A stretch of DNA of 64,000 nt from the IMG/VR virus record IMGVR_UViG_3300045988_149625; one strand, given 5' to 3'. Source of the DNA: a virus. The notes under the pieces were generated by a model. The model was not told the origin of the DNA. It saw nothing but the letters and a program-made list of their open reading frames with translations, and did not search any database. Positions 19,444 to 29,208 of this stretch are shown piece by piece; within the stretch, counting starts at the first letter, position 1, and the number at the start of each line of letters is the position of its first letter. Both the position numbers and the translations under genes were made by a program.

Positions 19444-19869
19444 ATGGCTTACTTAAATGCTATTAACTCTGTCACTCAGACAGTGGTAGCTGATGGGTAT
19501 TTAGTATACGACACAAAAGCTGTAAGCGGTTGCAATAGTTGTTGCAATCAAGGAATTTTATTTACAGCAGGTAGTAATACAATTACTTTACGTAAAGCAG
19601 GAACTTACTTAGTCACTGTTAATGCGAATGTTACACCTACTGCGGCGGGGGATATTTCCCTACGCTTGGTTAAGAACGGTGTAGCAGTCCCTGGTGCTAG
19701 TGCTACTGCGACAGGTGTGGTAGCTACTACATTCCCTGCAAGTTTTACCACTTTGATTACGGTTCTACCTTCTTGCAAAGCTATCAATAATGTAGCTTCA
19801 CTGCAAGTACAGTTGACAGCTGCGGGAACGGTAACAAGCACTTCTTTCACCGCTGTAAAAATTGCGTAG
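19444..19869 (+). CDS. BclA C-terminal-domain-like (C1q/TNF-like jelly-roll) protein
   Basis: 141 aa. The Thr/Val/Ala-rich beta pattern ...TITLRKAGTYLVTVNANVTP... resembles exosporium BclA C-terminal domains. Confidence 0.35.
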   Translation: MAYLNAINSVTQTVVADGYLVYDTKAVSGCNSCCNQGILFTAGSNTITLRKAGTYLVTVNANVTPTAAGDISLRLVKNGVAVPGASATATGVVATTFPASFTTLITVLPSCKAINNVASLQVQLTAAGTVTSTSFTAVKIA

Positions 19870-19881
19870 AAGGGTGATTGA

Positions 19882-20211
19882 ATGGATAAAGAGGATAAAT
19901 TACTAGAAGCTTTATTGAAGTCCACTAGCGATTGTGCTGAAATCAAGCATAGTCAAGAAAGAGATATGAAAGAGATAGATGCAGTTAGAGAAAAGCTTGA
20001 ACTGCAAGGCAAAAATATTGCCTTTCTTGAAGCCTCTTTGAAAGGTTTAGGGGAGTCCTTAGACCAAGAACGTAAACTTAATAGAGATAGACAGTTGGAT
20101 TTTTCAAAATTATTGGAAGATAAGATAGGCACTCTGTATAAAGGAGTGTCTATTCTTACTGCTATAATATCTTTAGTTATAAGTTTAATTCATAATTTCT
20201 TTTCAAAGTAA
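19882..20211 (+). CDS. xhlA: XhlA-like haemolysin / lysis accessory protein
   Basis: 109-aa coiled-coil protein with a C-terminal TM segment (ILTAIISLVISLI), sited just upstream of the holin. Confidence 0.5.
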   Translation: MDKEDKLLEALLKSTSDCAEIKHSQERDMKEIDAVREKLELQGKNIAFLEASLKGLGESLDQERKLNRDRQLDFSKLLEDKIGTLYKGVSILTAIISLVISLIHNFFSK

Positions 20212-20214
20212 GGA

Positions 20215-20478
20215 GTGCATTATATGAAAAGTTGGCTAGAAGTTTTTAAAGAGGGTGGAATCCTCAGTTTAACAAGGATATTAATAACACTTGGTTATGT
20301 AACATTTTTAGTGCTTTCTTGTATTCTTGCATTAACAGGACATTTTTGGGGCAATTATGCAGAATTTGCGTTTGCTACTGGTGGTGCGGTACTCGTACAG
20401 CTTGGTAATAAATACATTAATTCTCGTTATAATACGCCAGAAGGTTGTTTAGGCAAGGAAGTGAAACGTGATGTATAA
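20215..20478 (+). CDS. Holin
   Basis: 87 aa with two predicted TM helices and a charged C-terminus, immediately 5' of the endolysin. Confidence 0.55.
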   Translation: MHYMKSWLEVFKEGGILSLTRILITLGYVTFLVLSCILALTGHFWGNYAEFAFATGGAVLVQLGNKYINSRYNTPEGCLGKEVKRDV

Positions 20479-20896
20479 AAGTAAACATTGGACAGTAAAT
20501 GAATGGGACTGCTTACAACGCAGCGAAAATCCATTTGCTTGGACAGAAGGTGGTAGACTTTGTACAGATGATGAGAGAACTGCAAATCTCTTTAAGATAT
20601 TGGATATGCTAAGGGATTGGAATCCAAACTGGGTAGTTAATACTACAAATGCAGGATATAAAAGCGGTTATCGTACAGAGTATATTAACGCCCTAGTTGG
20701 TGGTACAGGGGGAAGCTTGCATACACAAGGCTGTGCTGCTGACATACATATAGCAGGGCAAGACGATACAGATACAGCATTAGCAGATACAGTGTTGGTA
20801 GCTGCGGATGCTTGGGGCTTAAAAGATAAGCTAGGTATTGGATACTATGGTGATTGGATTCACATAGACTGCCGTGGGTATACATCAAGATGGTAA
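20468..20896 (+). CDS. Endolysin, peptidase M15 family (L-alanyl-D-glutamate peptidase type)
   Basis: SLHTQGCAADIH is the SxHxxGxAxD zinc motif, and DWIHID supplies a second His. Confidence 0.7.
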   Translation: MMYKSKHWTVNEWDCLQRSENPFAWTEGGRLCTDDERTANLFKILDMLRDWNPNWVVNTTNAGYKSGYRTEYINALVGGTGGSLHTQGCAADIHIAGQDDTDTALADTVLVAADAWGLKDKLGIGYYGDWIHIDCRGYTSRW

Positions 20897-20900
20897 TTTA

Positions 20901-20929
20901 GGGGTACAAAAGTACCCCTTATTTTTTAT
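20901..20929 (+). terminator. Rho-independent terminator after the lysis cassette
   Basis: Hairpin ggggtac aaaa gtacccc followed by ttatttttt. Confidence 0.7.
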
Positions 20930-20931
20930 TC

Positions 20932-20960
20932 TTGACAGATGTTGTGTAATATGTTATACT
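20932..20960 (+). promoter_or_regulatory. Consensus sigma-A promoter (TTGACA-17-TATACT)
   Basis: Read directly from the sequence. It drives the replication-module operon. Confidence 0.65.
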
Positions 20961-20975
20961 AACCATAGTTTAAAA

Positions 20976-21329
20976 ATGAAAGGAGTCTTAGAGATGAAAG
21001 TAGTAGATTTGATTAAAATATTGCAGGGGCATCCAATGGACGCTTCTGTTTCTATTGAAGGTGATATGCTTAGAGTAGCAGGTTACGATAGCTGCATCTG
21101 TTCCACCGCTTACATATCTTTAAAAGATATTGTAAGCAAAAAGTTTCCTTTATCTAAAGAAAAAAGAGATGCAGTTTTAGAAGCATTGAATTTATTACAT
21201 AATACATGCAAAGGTACAGACTGCTCGGACTGTGTTTTAGCTAGTGATTCTGGTGATTGTATCCTACTATTAAATTCGCCTGATAGGTGGGGTTTGAAAA
21301 TAGTGGAACAGAATTGTAAGGAGGAATAA
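20976..21329 (+). CDS. Hypothetical protein
   Basis: ORF beginning MKGVLEMKVVDL, downstream of the promoter. The ORF-track start at 20874 is upstream of the promoter and was trimmed. Confidence 0.35.
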   Translation: MKGVLEMKVVDLIKILQGHPMDASVSIEGDMLRVAGYDSCICSTAYISLKDIVSKKFPLSKEKRDAVLEALNLLHNTCKGTDCSDCVLASDSGDCILLLNSPDRWGLKIVEQNCKEE

Positions 21330-21512
21330 ATGAAAGTATCAGAGTTTTGTGAAAGATTGTTAAGGCTCAGTGATGCGGACGGTGAATTGGTGTTTGTAAC
21401 AGATACAGGTAGATTATATCATGCAGAGGATTGTGACATTTACCTAAAAGTTTTCGGAGCAAATACAGATAGGCTAATAATTGCCTTAGATGGTGATTTG
21501 GAGGGACATTAA
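21330..21512 (+). CDS. Hypothetical protein
   Basis: 60 aa, GGAGG RBS, coupled to its neighbours. Confidence 0.3.
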   Translation: MKVSEFCERLLRLSDADGELVFVTDTGRLYHAEDCDIYLKVFGANTDRLIIALDGDLEGH

Positions 21513-21514
21513 AA

Positions 21515-21703
21515 ATGTTAGTAGGCGTTAATTCAGATGAGAGAATTGTCATTAAGAAGGATAATCATATTGAAATTGCTTATTTAGATGATGCAGGAAT
21601 CCCACACATTACATTAAATTTTTTTAAGTTAAACAGTAAAGAAGTGCAGGCGTTTTGGGAGTTGGTTAATAAATTTAGGGGAGATATAAATGATAACTTA
21701 TGA
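21515..21703 (+). CDS. Hypothetical protein
   Basis: 62-aa ORF, coupled. Confidence 0.3.
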   Translation: MLVGVNSDERIVIKKDNHIEIAYLDDAGIPHITLNFFKLNSKEVQAFWELVNKFRGDINDNL

Positions 21704-23177
21704 AGAAAAACAGGGGCAGAAGTTGTTTAAAGGATTAACTCTTGAACAGCTTTCTAAGATTAAAGAAGATTTAACTTTTGATAACCCACAATATCAGAGT
21801 GCTATCCATTACAGTAAGTGGGGAAGTGTGCGTATTCCTTCAAAATTAAGATACTATAAACTAATTTCAAATGATATTTTAGTTCCTTTGGGGTACGAGG
21901 CACGTCCTTGTGCGGTTTTTGTTAAGAGCGACGCAAAGGATGATGTTGTCGAATACCCCCCTTTTCAATTAGAATTACGTGATATTCAAAAGAAAGCAGT
22001 TTCTACTTTTAGGGGCTTAGGAACACTTGTTTTACCAACAGGTACTGGAAAGAGTATTTGCGGTCTTTATTTGGCAGGTAAATTAGGTAAGAAAACTTTA
22101 ATCGTGGTAAATAAAGATGATTTAGTAGATGGCTGGATTCAAGATGCAAAACTAGCCTATAATGATGCTTTGGATATTGGTTTGGTTAAAGGTAAGGTAT
22201 TCAAAATTGGTGAACATATTACACTTACTACAATACAAACACTTTCTCGTTTAGGTGCGGATAAGCTTAAAAAATTGCATAATGAAATTTCCATGCTGAT
22301 TGTAGATGAGGTACATCGTGCAGGTGCAGTTAGTTATCAAGTTCTTAATGAGTTCCCTGCATACATTAGGTTAGGTCTGACAGCTACTAAAATGCGTAAT
22401 GATGGCTTAGTAGATGTTATTGACTTACTCTGCGGCAGAACCTTATTTGATGGGACAATGTGTGAAACAGATGCAATAATTCCTGCTGAGAACATTCATG
22501 TCATAAGCAGGAAAAGCAATATTTTTTGGCGGCCTAAAAAGGCGTATTATAGTGTACACACAAAGAGAACTATAGAAGATTATGTCTGCAATCACAAAAC
22601 TTATAAACGTGGTACTATTGAATGGGTATTAAAAATGGAAGAGCTTGTATCAGAAGGTCTTGTGAAGCCATATCCATTACGTTTGCATGATGCTTATGAT
22701 AAAATTGCAACAGATGAGGAATTTAATAACTTAGTTTGTGAGGATATTAAAAATGCTTATATGCAGAACAAGTCTTGCATAGTTTTCTGTAAAACTATTG
22801 AGCAGCTAGAACTTCTTTATAATAAGTTAATTCCTACCTGCCCTAAAATTCAGAAATTTTATGGGAATATGTCTGATTCAAAGGCAGATATTAAAGCACG
22901 TGCTGAAAGTAAGGAAGTTCTTGTAACATTAGCAACGCTTTCCATTGCGTGTGAGGGTACAAATGTTAAAGCTTGGGAATATGGGTTTTTGGTAGCAGAT
23001 ATTGCAAATGACAAAGACTTGATACAAGCACTTGGAAGGTTGCGGAGAACAGTTGAGGGAAAGACTGATGTTTATATTTTTGACTACCAACATCCTTTAA
23101 TGGTAGCCATTAAAAACCATTGGTCTAAGCGTGTAGAATGTTATAAATCTCTTGGAATACCTATTGACAACTTTTAA
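21690..23177 (+). CDS. Superfamily-2 DEAD/DEAH-box-like helicase
   Basis: Walker A PTGTGKS, DEVH box (IVDEVHRAG), and C-terminal helicase motifs (QALGRLRR). Confidence 0.75.
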   Translation: MITYEEKQGQKLFKGLTLEQLSKIKEDLTFDNPQYQSAIHYSKWGSVRIPSKLRYYKLISNDILVPLGYEARPCAVFVKSDAKDDVVEYPPFQLELRDIQKKAVSTFRGLGTLVLPTGTGKSICGLYLAGKLGKKTLIVVNKDDLVDGWIQDAKLAYNDALDIGLVKGKVFKIGEHITLTTIQTLSRLGADKLKKLHNEISMLIVDEVHRAGAVSYQVLNEFPAYIRLGLTATKMRNDGLVDVIDLLCGRTLFDGTMCETDAIIPAENIHVISRKSNIFWRPKKAYYSVHTKRTIEDYVCNHKTYKRGTIEWVLKMEELVSEGLVKPYPLRLHDAYDKIATDEEFNNLVCEDIKNAYMQNKSCIVFCKTIEQLELLYNKLIPTCPKIQKFYGNMSDSKADIKARAESKEVLVTLATLSIACEGTNVKAWEYGFLVADIANDKDLIQALGRLRRTVEGKTDVYIFDYQHPLMVAIKNHWSKRVECYKSLGIPIDNF

Positions 23178-23192
23178 AGTGTGTGGTATAAT
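23164..23192 (+). promoter_or_regulatory. Consensus sigma-A promoter (TTGACA-17-TATAAT with TG extension)
   Basis: ttgacaacttttaaagtgtgtggtataat. Confidence 0.6.
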
Positions 23193-23369
23193 TAGTTACA
23201 GACATTGAGAAATGTTTATTTAAAGATTATTTGGAGGTTTTAAGAATGGACGAAAAACAATTTAAGGATTTTAAAAGACGTATTCCAATGTGCACAAAGA
23301 GCCGTAAATGGTTGCCCAATAATGCAGTAGAACGCCGTTTGTGGACAAAAATGCGCAAGGAGAATAAGA

Positions 23370-23840
23370 ATGAAAATTAATATTCCAACCAAAGAGAAGC
23401 AAATTGTTGATTTAAATGAAGCACCAAAAGAAACAACATTGACTGAGCTTTATGATGCGTATGCCTTATTCAGTAAAGTAGAAAATGATGCTAAAAAGAA
23501 AAAGGCAGAGATTAAGAAGCAGTTAGATGAATATTTTGACACGCAAGGTGTTAAAGATACTATGGGTAATGTTTGGCTTAACACACCGAACGGAAGCTTT
23601 AAAAAGCAGCAAAGGGTATCTCTTGGAATTAATGAAGAACTTGCAACACAGGTATTAAGACGCTTAGATTTATTTGATAAGGTTGTTTCCTATGAACCAG
23701 TCTTTGATGTAGATGCGATTCAAGGATTTATTGCAGACGGCGTTATTTCCGATGAAGATATGAATAAGATATTTGAAAGGAAGATTACATATGCCCTTAC
23801 CACGCAAAAAGGGAAGAAAGCGGAAGAAGTTTCCGAATAA
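23370..23840 (+). CDS. Hypothetical protein
   Basis: 156-aa ORF. Confidence 0.35.
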   Translation: MKINIPTKEKQIVDLNEAPKETTLTELYDAYALFSKVENDAKKKKAEIKKQLDEYFDTQGVKDTMGNVWLNTPNGSFKKQQRVSLGINEELATQVLRRLDLFDKVVSYEPVFDVDAIQGFIADGVISDEDMNKIFERKITYALTTQKGKKAEEVSE

Positions 23841-24186
23841 GCGCAGATGTTCTGCCCACTTTAAAGAGTGGGCGACAAATGGCAGGAAGATGATTATAAA
23901 CGGAAAAGAAATGACTGTTTATACAAGTGGTAAATTGGTAGAAGCATTTGCCAATGTAGGAATACCCAGAACTTATATGTGCTTTCATTTGTGGATTAAA
24001 AATGGTTATATGCCAGAGTCCCCAATTAAAACAAAGAATAGGTCATGGTACACTAGAGGTATGATTGAGTGTCTTGCAATGACGGCACTCGAATGTGGTA
24101 TGACAAAGACTACACCTAACATGGAATTTATGAAAGTACGTTGGTTTGAGGAATTTGATAAAGTAGTTAGAAAGGAGTTAATGTAA
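23773..24186 (+). CDS. Hypothetical basic protein
   Basis: 137 aa with an Arg/Lys-rich N-terminus (PRKKGRKRKKFPNKRR). Confidence 0.3.
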   Translation: MKGRLHMPLPRKKGRKRKKFPNKRRCSAHFKEWATNGRKMIINGKEMTVYTSGKLVEAFANVGIPRTYMCFHLWIKNGYMPESPIKTKNRSWYTRGMIECLAMTALECGMTKTTPNMEFMKVRWFEEFDKVVRKELM

Positions 24187-24389
24187 TGGAAAAGGGTGAA
24201 ACTTTAGTTAGAGTTGTTAAAAGCTTTACAAAAAATTTAGGTAACTATGAGAGTGCTAGGATTGAGCTTGGCATGGAGAGAATTGTAGAGGACTCTAAAA
24301 TTGAGTTTACTAAACAACAATTAAGCGCAGAAATTGATGAATTTATCAACGCTGAAATTACAGATTTGGTTTCTGATAATGCACATTAA
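24186..24389 (+). CDS. Hypothetical protein
   Basis: 67 aa, coupled. Confidence 0.3.
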   Translation: MEKGETLVRVVKSFTKNLGNYESARIELGMERIVEDSKIEFTKQQLSAEIDEFINAEITDLVSDNAH

Positions 24390-24825
24390 TAAAGCAATGA
24401 GTGCTGCCCTCTTTGGTAGGGCAGTAGTCACACCGAAAGCAAGTGGCATTATTAAATCAGATGTAGATGTTTCTGTCTTTACTCCTACTGATTTTCTGCG
24501 TTATTGGAAGGATAAAGCGAAACAGCGTGACATAAAGTATGTCACAGTTCAATATAAGGATAATGCCATTTTGAAGTCAGTAATGAAGTCCTATACTAAT
24601 ACAGAGGTTAAATTAATGATAGACTATCTTTGGGATAGTGGAGAGCGCATTTCTAGTAATGATAAAGAAATCCCCTATACAGATTACGGTATTTACTTAC
24701 TTTCGTCTGGTTGGGCAAATTCCATTTATAATCGTGCTAACTTTTGGAAGAAGCACTTTAAGGATAAGGAATTGCGCGGTTGGGAAAATACAAGAGGTGA
24801 GAATGTTGCCGAAATTGAGTTCTAG
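24334..24825 (+). CDS. Hypothetical protein (possible replication initiator or organiser)
   Basis: 163-aa ORF directly 5' of the DnaC-like loader. The call is by position only. Confidence 0.3.
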   Translation: MMNLSTLKLQIWFLIMHINKAMSAALFGRAVVTPKASGIIKSDVDVSVFTPTDFLRYWKDKAKQRDIKYVTVQYKDNAILKSVMKSYTNTEVKLMIDYLWDSGERISSNDKEIPYTDYGIYLLSSGWANSIYNRANFWKKHFKDKELRGWENTRGENVAEIEF

Positions 24826-25414
24826 GAGAACATTTTTAAGCAGAGAAGCCTTATCTTTAATGGGCATCCCTATTATGTACCAAGGTCTTTCTTGGAAAGA
24901 TTATCGGTTTCCCAACGAACAAATGGAACATCTGTTACGTGGTTATACAACGCATTGTGATGAAATGTTGCGGGACTGTGTTGGACTTCTTTTTATAGGG
25001 CAGAATGGTTGTGGTAAATCATTCGTATCTAGTATTATACTGCAATATTGTTATTCTTATTACCATACATGCAGAATGACAACTTTTAAAGAACTTATTT
25101 CCAAGGCTTTCAGTAAGGATGATTCTTATAACGAGTTTCTTGGGGCAGAGTTCTTAGTAATTGATGAACTTGGTGCAGAAGTAAGTTTGAAGTCAGATGC
25201 TGAAAAGTCGCTCTTAGAGGATATTCTAAAGCAGAGATTTACGAAAGGATACCCAACGATTATTTGTAGTAATTTAGATACTGTGCAGTTAAAAGAGCGT
25301 TATGGAAATACTTTCTATTCTATGCTTTCAGAATTTGTTAAGGTTAAGCTTTTAGGTGAGGATGGCAGAAAGCAGGCTTTTCGTAATAAAAAAGCCTTGG
25401 AGTTTTTAAAGTAA
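24803..25414 (+). CDS. DnaC/IstB-like AAA+ helicase loader
   Basis: Walker A GQNGCGKSF, Walker B FLVIDELG. The start was set to the internal ATG at 24803 (RBS aggtgag). The longer ORF-track start at 24638 overlaps the upstream gene. Confidence 0.6.
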   Translation: MLPKLSSRRTFLSREALSLMGIPIMYQGLSWKDYRFPNEQMEHLLRGYTTHCDEMLRDCVGLLFIGQNGCGKSFVSSIILQYCYSYYHTCRMTTFKELISKAFSKDDSYNEFLGAEFLVIDELGAEVSLKSDAEKSLLEDILKQRFTKGYPTIICSNLDTVQLKERYGNTFYSMLSEFVKVKLLGEDGRKQAFRNKKALEFLK

Positions 25415-25571
25415 GGAAGTGATTATATGATTAAAAAAGATGAGTGCTTTAATTGCGGAAGCAAAGATGTTACAGGTTTTGCAGGAAAACAAGAATTTCC
25501 TTTATGCACAGCTTGCTGGCAAAAGCTTTTGGCTAAAGAATTGACCTTAGAATCTTTGGAGAATAAGCTAA

Positions 25572-25967
25572 ATGAACAGAAAAGGTGAACTTTCTAATAG
25601 AGTAGCGGCCATCGTAGCTATCGATTACGATACAATTTTTAGTAAAAAACCTTCTTTAAAGGATTTTTTTACGAAAAGTAAGTTACAACGCACCTTTAAG
25701 CAGGAATATAGGGATTTAACCCTAAAGTTGTATTCTGCTGGGTTTAGTATTTATATTATAAGTAAGGATTTAAAAAAGACAAAATCAGAGCTTGACGACT
25801 TGTATTTTGGTAGGTATATATTCTATACAGACTTTATACAGTATGAGAATCTTAATGATTTAGCAGTAGATTGTAGGTCACTTTTTAAATATTTTATTTG
25901 CGAAACCCCAAAAGGTGCGTTTTTAGATAATGTGTATTCCTTAGAGTCTTTCAAGGAGTTGTTATAA
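25572..25967 (+). CDS. Hypothetical protein
   Basis: 131-aa ORF. Confidence 0.3.
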   Translation: MNRKGELSNRVAAIVAIDYDTIFSKKPSLKDFFTKSKLQRTFKQEYRDLTLKLYSAGFSIYIISKDLKKTKSELDDLYFGRYIFYTDFIQYENLNDLAVDCRSLFKYFICETPKGAFLDNVYSLESFKELL

Positions 25968-27223
25968 TGTCAGTAGAAAATAAGTTAATTTTAAAACTCC
26001 TAGAGAGTAAGGATTGGGACGTTGTAGTTGATAAAGGTATTACACAGAACTACTTTACAGGCTCTAACAAACGTGCCTTTAAGTGGATAAGTAACTTCAA
26101 ACTTAACTATGGTACATTACCAGACCTAGATACTTTTAAGAAACACTTCCCTGAAGTAAATCTTCTAGTAGATGCTAGAGAATGTACTGCTTACTATTGC
26201 GACGAGGTTCGTAAGAAGATTAGGCAGAATAAGTTGGTGTCTGTACTAGAGGGGGCTGCGGATAAAATAAATGCAGGTAATGTAGATTCTGTCTATACAG
26301 ATTTAACGAAGTTACTCATGGAAGTCAACACAGAGTTCACTTTTGCCGAGAAAGTGGATATTGGTAGACAGACTGAGGAACGCTTTAAAGAGTACGAGCT
26401 TAATAAGATAACAGGCGGTATGACAGGTATTCCATTAGGTATTTTACCAATAGATAAGCAAACTGGCGGTGTAAAGGATATGGACTTGTACACTTTCCTC
26501 GGAAAATCTGGTTCTGGCAAGAGTTGGATGCTTTGTATTTTAGCTGCCAATCTTATTAAGGCAGGGTATAAAGTAATGCTACTTACTAAAGAAATGTCCC
26601 CTAAACAGCTCTTAAAGCGTATGGATGCTATCATGGCGTGTGTTAGTTATAATGCTTTGAAGAATGGTAAATTACCTGCAAATGAAGAAGCACAGTACAA
26701 AACATACTTAGAACAATACGCTCCTAAATACAAGGACAAACTTAGTATTGAGCTTGTTACAAATGGTGTTGATGAAGCTATCAGTAAAATAGATAACTTT
26801 CAACCAGACATTGCTTTGGTAGATGGCGGTTATCTGTTGAGTGAGGGCGCAGACCCAGAAGATTGGAAAGCAGTTATTGGTGTATGGAAAGCTTTCAAAG
26901 TATTTGCTTTAAGCAGAAAAATACCAGTCATTCTTACATCACAATTAACTGATAAGAATACTGTTGCATACTCAACTGGTTTAAAGCAATATTGTGACGG
27001 TATTTGGGCTATGAAGCAGGACGATGTACAAAGGGCAGCCAAAGAGATTCAAATAGAGAACATTAAGATTCGTGACGGTGAACATTTATTACCCTTTACA
27101 ATGTCTTGGGACTTTTCAAGCTCACCAATGAATTATGAAGTAGTGCATCAAGCATATAACTCTGAAACAAATAAAGGCTTTTTAGTGAAAGATGAGCCAA
27201 TAAGCTTAAAGAAGGTAGAATAG
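25967..27223 (+). CDS. DnaB-like replicative helicase
   Basis: Walker A GKSGSGKSW, and the DnaB-type motif GIPLGILPIDKQTGG upstream of it. Confidence 0.75.
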   Translation: MSVENKLILKLLESKDWDVVVDKGITQNYFTGSNKRAFKWISNFKLNYGTLPDLDTFKKHFPEVNLLVDARECTAYYCDEVRKKIRQNKLVSVLEGAADKINAGNVDSVYTDLTKLLMEVNTEFTFAEKVDIGRQTEERFKEYELNKITGGMTGIPLGILPIDKQTGGVKDMDLYTFLGKSGSGKSWMLCILAANLIKAGYKVMLLTKEMSPKQLLKRMDAIMACVSYNALKNGKLPANEEAQYKTYLEQYAPKYKDKLSIELVTNGVDEAISKIDNFQPDIALVDGGYLLSEGADPEDWKAVIGVWKAFKVFALSRKIPVILTSQLTDKNTVAYSTGLKQYCDGIWAMKQDDVQRAAKEIQIENIKIRDGEHLLPFTMSWDFSSSPMNYEVVHQAYNSETNKGFLVKDEPISLKKVE

Positions 27224-27384
27224 ATGAATTGTGATAAATGTAAATATTCTCAAAAGTTTAATGGTATGTGTATGTGCCATAAGTTTAAAAAGATAGTCGC
27301 TAATGAAACAGGTGACAAACCTTGTTTTGAACCTAGAAATTCTGGTGAGTTTTTAAAAGATTTTTTTAATTTAGTAGGTGGGTA

Positions 27385-27413
27385 TTGACACGCTTATAAA
27401 AGTGTGTTATAAT
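27385..27413 (+). promoter_or_regulatory. Consensus sigma-A promoter (TTGACA-17-TATAAT)
   Basis: ttgacacgcttataaaagtgtgttataat. Confidence 0.6.
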
Positions 27414-27434
27414 AGATACATGAGGTGTTAAGAA

Positions 27435-28409
27435 ATGTTAGCAGACGAAATGGTTTCTTTGTGTAGAGAGCTAGGTTTGGAAAAAATCAAAGTACGTGGA
27501 GATAATGTTACGTTTTGTTGTCCTTCACATGGCGAGAATAATCCTTCCTGTGGAATCTCTATTACAAAAGAAATTGGAGGTTGTTTTGCTTGTGGATGGC
27601 ACTTCAATTTAATTCAGTTAGTAGCTTTTTGTAAGCAGATTCAAGAATGGGAAGCTATTGAATATCTCAACAGTTATTTTAATCGCGATTTTCGTAAAGT
27701 TGATTGTGCAGGGAAGTTCCCACTTTATAGTGAGGATAAGGCAAGCGTTTCAAGCTTTCTTCCGCACACAGCACTTGCCCCTTTTCGGAGCGGCGAAATT
27801 TCGCACCCATACTTGATAAAGCGTGGTTTTAGTGAGCAAGATTTTATAAATTTTAAGTTAGGGTGGGATAGTAATTTAAAACGTATTACAATTCCTTTCT
27901 ACGATACTAAGGGGAATTTACTAGGTTTTAGCGGTAGAGCGGTTCTAAATGAATCTAATCCGAATTATGGAGTTGTTTATGGTAATTCCCCTAAGTATCT
28001 AATTTATAATAATTTTAAAGCTAAAGACACGTTGTTTCCCCTAAATCTATATAAAAAGTCAGACACGCTTATTTTAGTTGAGGGCTTGTTAGATGCCTTG
28101 TGGCTGCATAAAATGCAGTTTACTAATACGCTTTCCGTTATAAGCGCGCAGATAAGTAGGGCGCAGCTAGAGATTTTAAAATCACTAGACGTTAAAACAA
28201 TTATTCTTTGTCTTGACAATGATAAGTATGGGGAAGCAGGTTGTAAAAAGCTATATGACAATTTAAAAGGCAATTTTGTATTTAAGAAAGTGATTTTTCC
28301 AGAAGGTAAAAAAGACGTTCAAGAATGTACAAAAGAAGAATTAGATTTCATGTTTAAGAATTTGATTAATTATCCAGTGAGAAATTTTAAGTTTTATGAA
28401 GGAGAATGA
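27435..28409 (+). CDS. DNA primase (DnaG-like: zinc-binding plus TOPRIM)
   Basis: CCPSHGENNPSC...CFACGWH zinc finger. TOPRIM acidic motifs (LVEGLLD, LCLDNDKYGE). Confidence 0.7.
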   Translation: MLADEMVSLCRELGLEKIKVRGDNVTFCCPSHGENNPSCGISITKEIGGCFACGWHFNLIQLVAFCKQIQEWEAIEYLNSYFNRDFRKVDCAGKFPLYSEDKASVSSFLPHTALAPFRSGEISHPYLIKRGFSEQDFINFKLGWDSNLKRITIPFYDTKGNLLGFSGRAVLNESNPNYGVVYGNSPKYLIYNNFKAKDTLFPLNLYKKSDTLILVEGLLDALWLHKMQFTNTLSVISAQISRAQLEILKSLDVKTIILCLDNDKYGEAGCKKLYDNLKGNFVFKKVIFPEGKKDVQECTKEELDFMFKNLINYPVRNFKFYEGE

Positions 28410-29158
28410 TAATAATGAAAATGGGATTTTTTAACAGAGGTATTGAAGCAACACAAAAATTGGCAGATGCACATAAAGCATCTTTTTCAAGTAATGGTAT
28501 TTATGATTTCTATGTAAAAGACGGACAAGAAGCACTCATGCGTTTCTTAACAGATGAACCTGTTTCTTTTATGGCACATAATATTAAGGTAGGCAAAGCA
28601 CCAAGAACCTTTGTTTGTACTGGTGACGCAGATTGCCAAGGTTGTAAACAAGCAGATAGTTTCGACCCGACTAAACCGAACAAGCCTGTTGTACGTGCAG
28701 CATATCTTGTATTGGATGGCACTGTTACTGAAAAGGATGAAATGCAGGACGGAAAGCCTACTGGCAAAAAGGTACAATACACTGACCAGATTAAGGTAAT
28801 GGTACGTGGTACAAGTGATATTGCAGCTATTGAGCGTTGTAAAGAGAAATACGGCTTGCTGGGACGTGCTTATTATGTAAGTAAAAATGGTAAAAAGAAT
28901 CCTTATGCTTTTGACCGTGCAGATGGTTGCCCACATGGTAAAGATGAAGAGTTTTGGGGACAGCATGAACTTTCTGCTGAGGCTATTGAAAAGCTTATTG
29001 AGAAGCTTCCAGAAAAGTACAGAGATTTGGCGCGTCAAGAAGGTGGCTTCTATAATGTAATTGAAGCACTGTTTACACCTTATGGTGTTTCTAGTGATTC
29101 TGAGGAAATTCCCTTTGCTACGTCAGTAGAAGAACCACAGAGCTTGAATAGAATGTAA
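28406..29158 (+). CDS. Hypothetical protein (possible ssDNA-binding protein; acidic C-terminal tail)
   Basis: 250 aa with an acidic C-terminus, positioned between primase and polymerase. The function is a guess. Confidence 0.25.
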   Translation: MIIMKMGFFNRGIEATQKLADAHKASFSSNGIYDFYVKDGQEALMRFLTDEPVSFMAHNIKVGKAPRTFVCTGDADCQGCKQADSFDPTKPNKPVVRAAYLVLDGTVTEKDEMQDGKPTGKKVQYTDQIKVMVRGTSDIAAIERCKEKYGLLGRAYYVSKNGKKNPYAFDRADGCPHGKDEEFWGQHELSAEAIEKLIEKLPEKYRDLARQEGGFYNVIEALFTPYGVSSDSEEIPFATSVEEPQSLNRM

Positions 29159-29208
29159 TTTATTAGGGAGGGGGCATTAGCTCCCTTTCTTTTTAAGGAG
29201 ATATAAAC

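Noticed and set aside
19605-19946. Minus-strand 113-aa ORF antisense to the BclA-like gene
   Set aside because: Every other gene is on the + strand and the ORF has no RBS. It is an antisense artefact of Ala/Thr/Val-rich coding sequence.
28510-29038. Minus-strand ORFs (90 and 163 aa) and + ORF 28611..28799 inside gene 28406..29158
   Set aside because: They overlap a coherent + strand ORF, and their translations are hydrophobic low-complexity artefacts of AT-rich antisense sequence.
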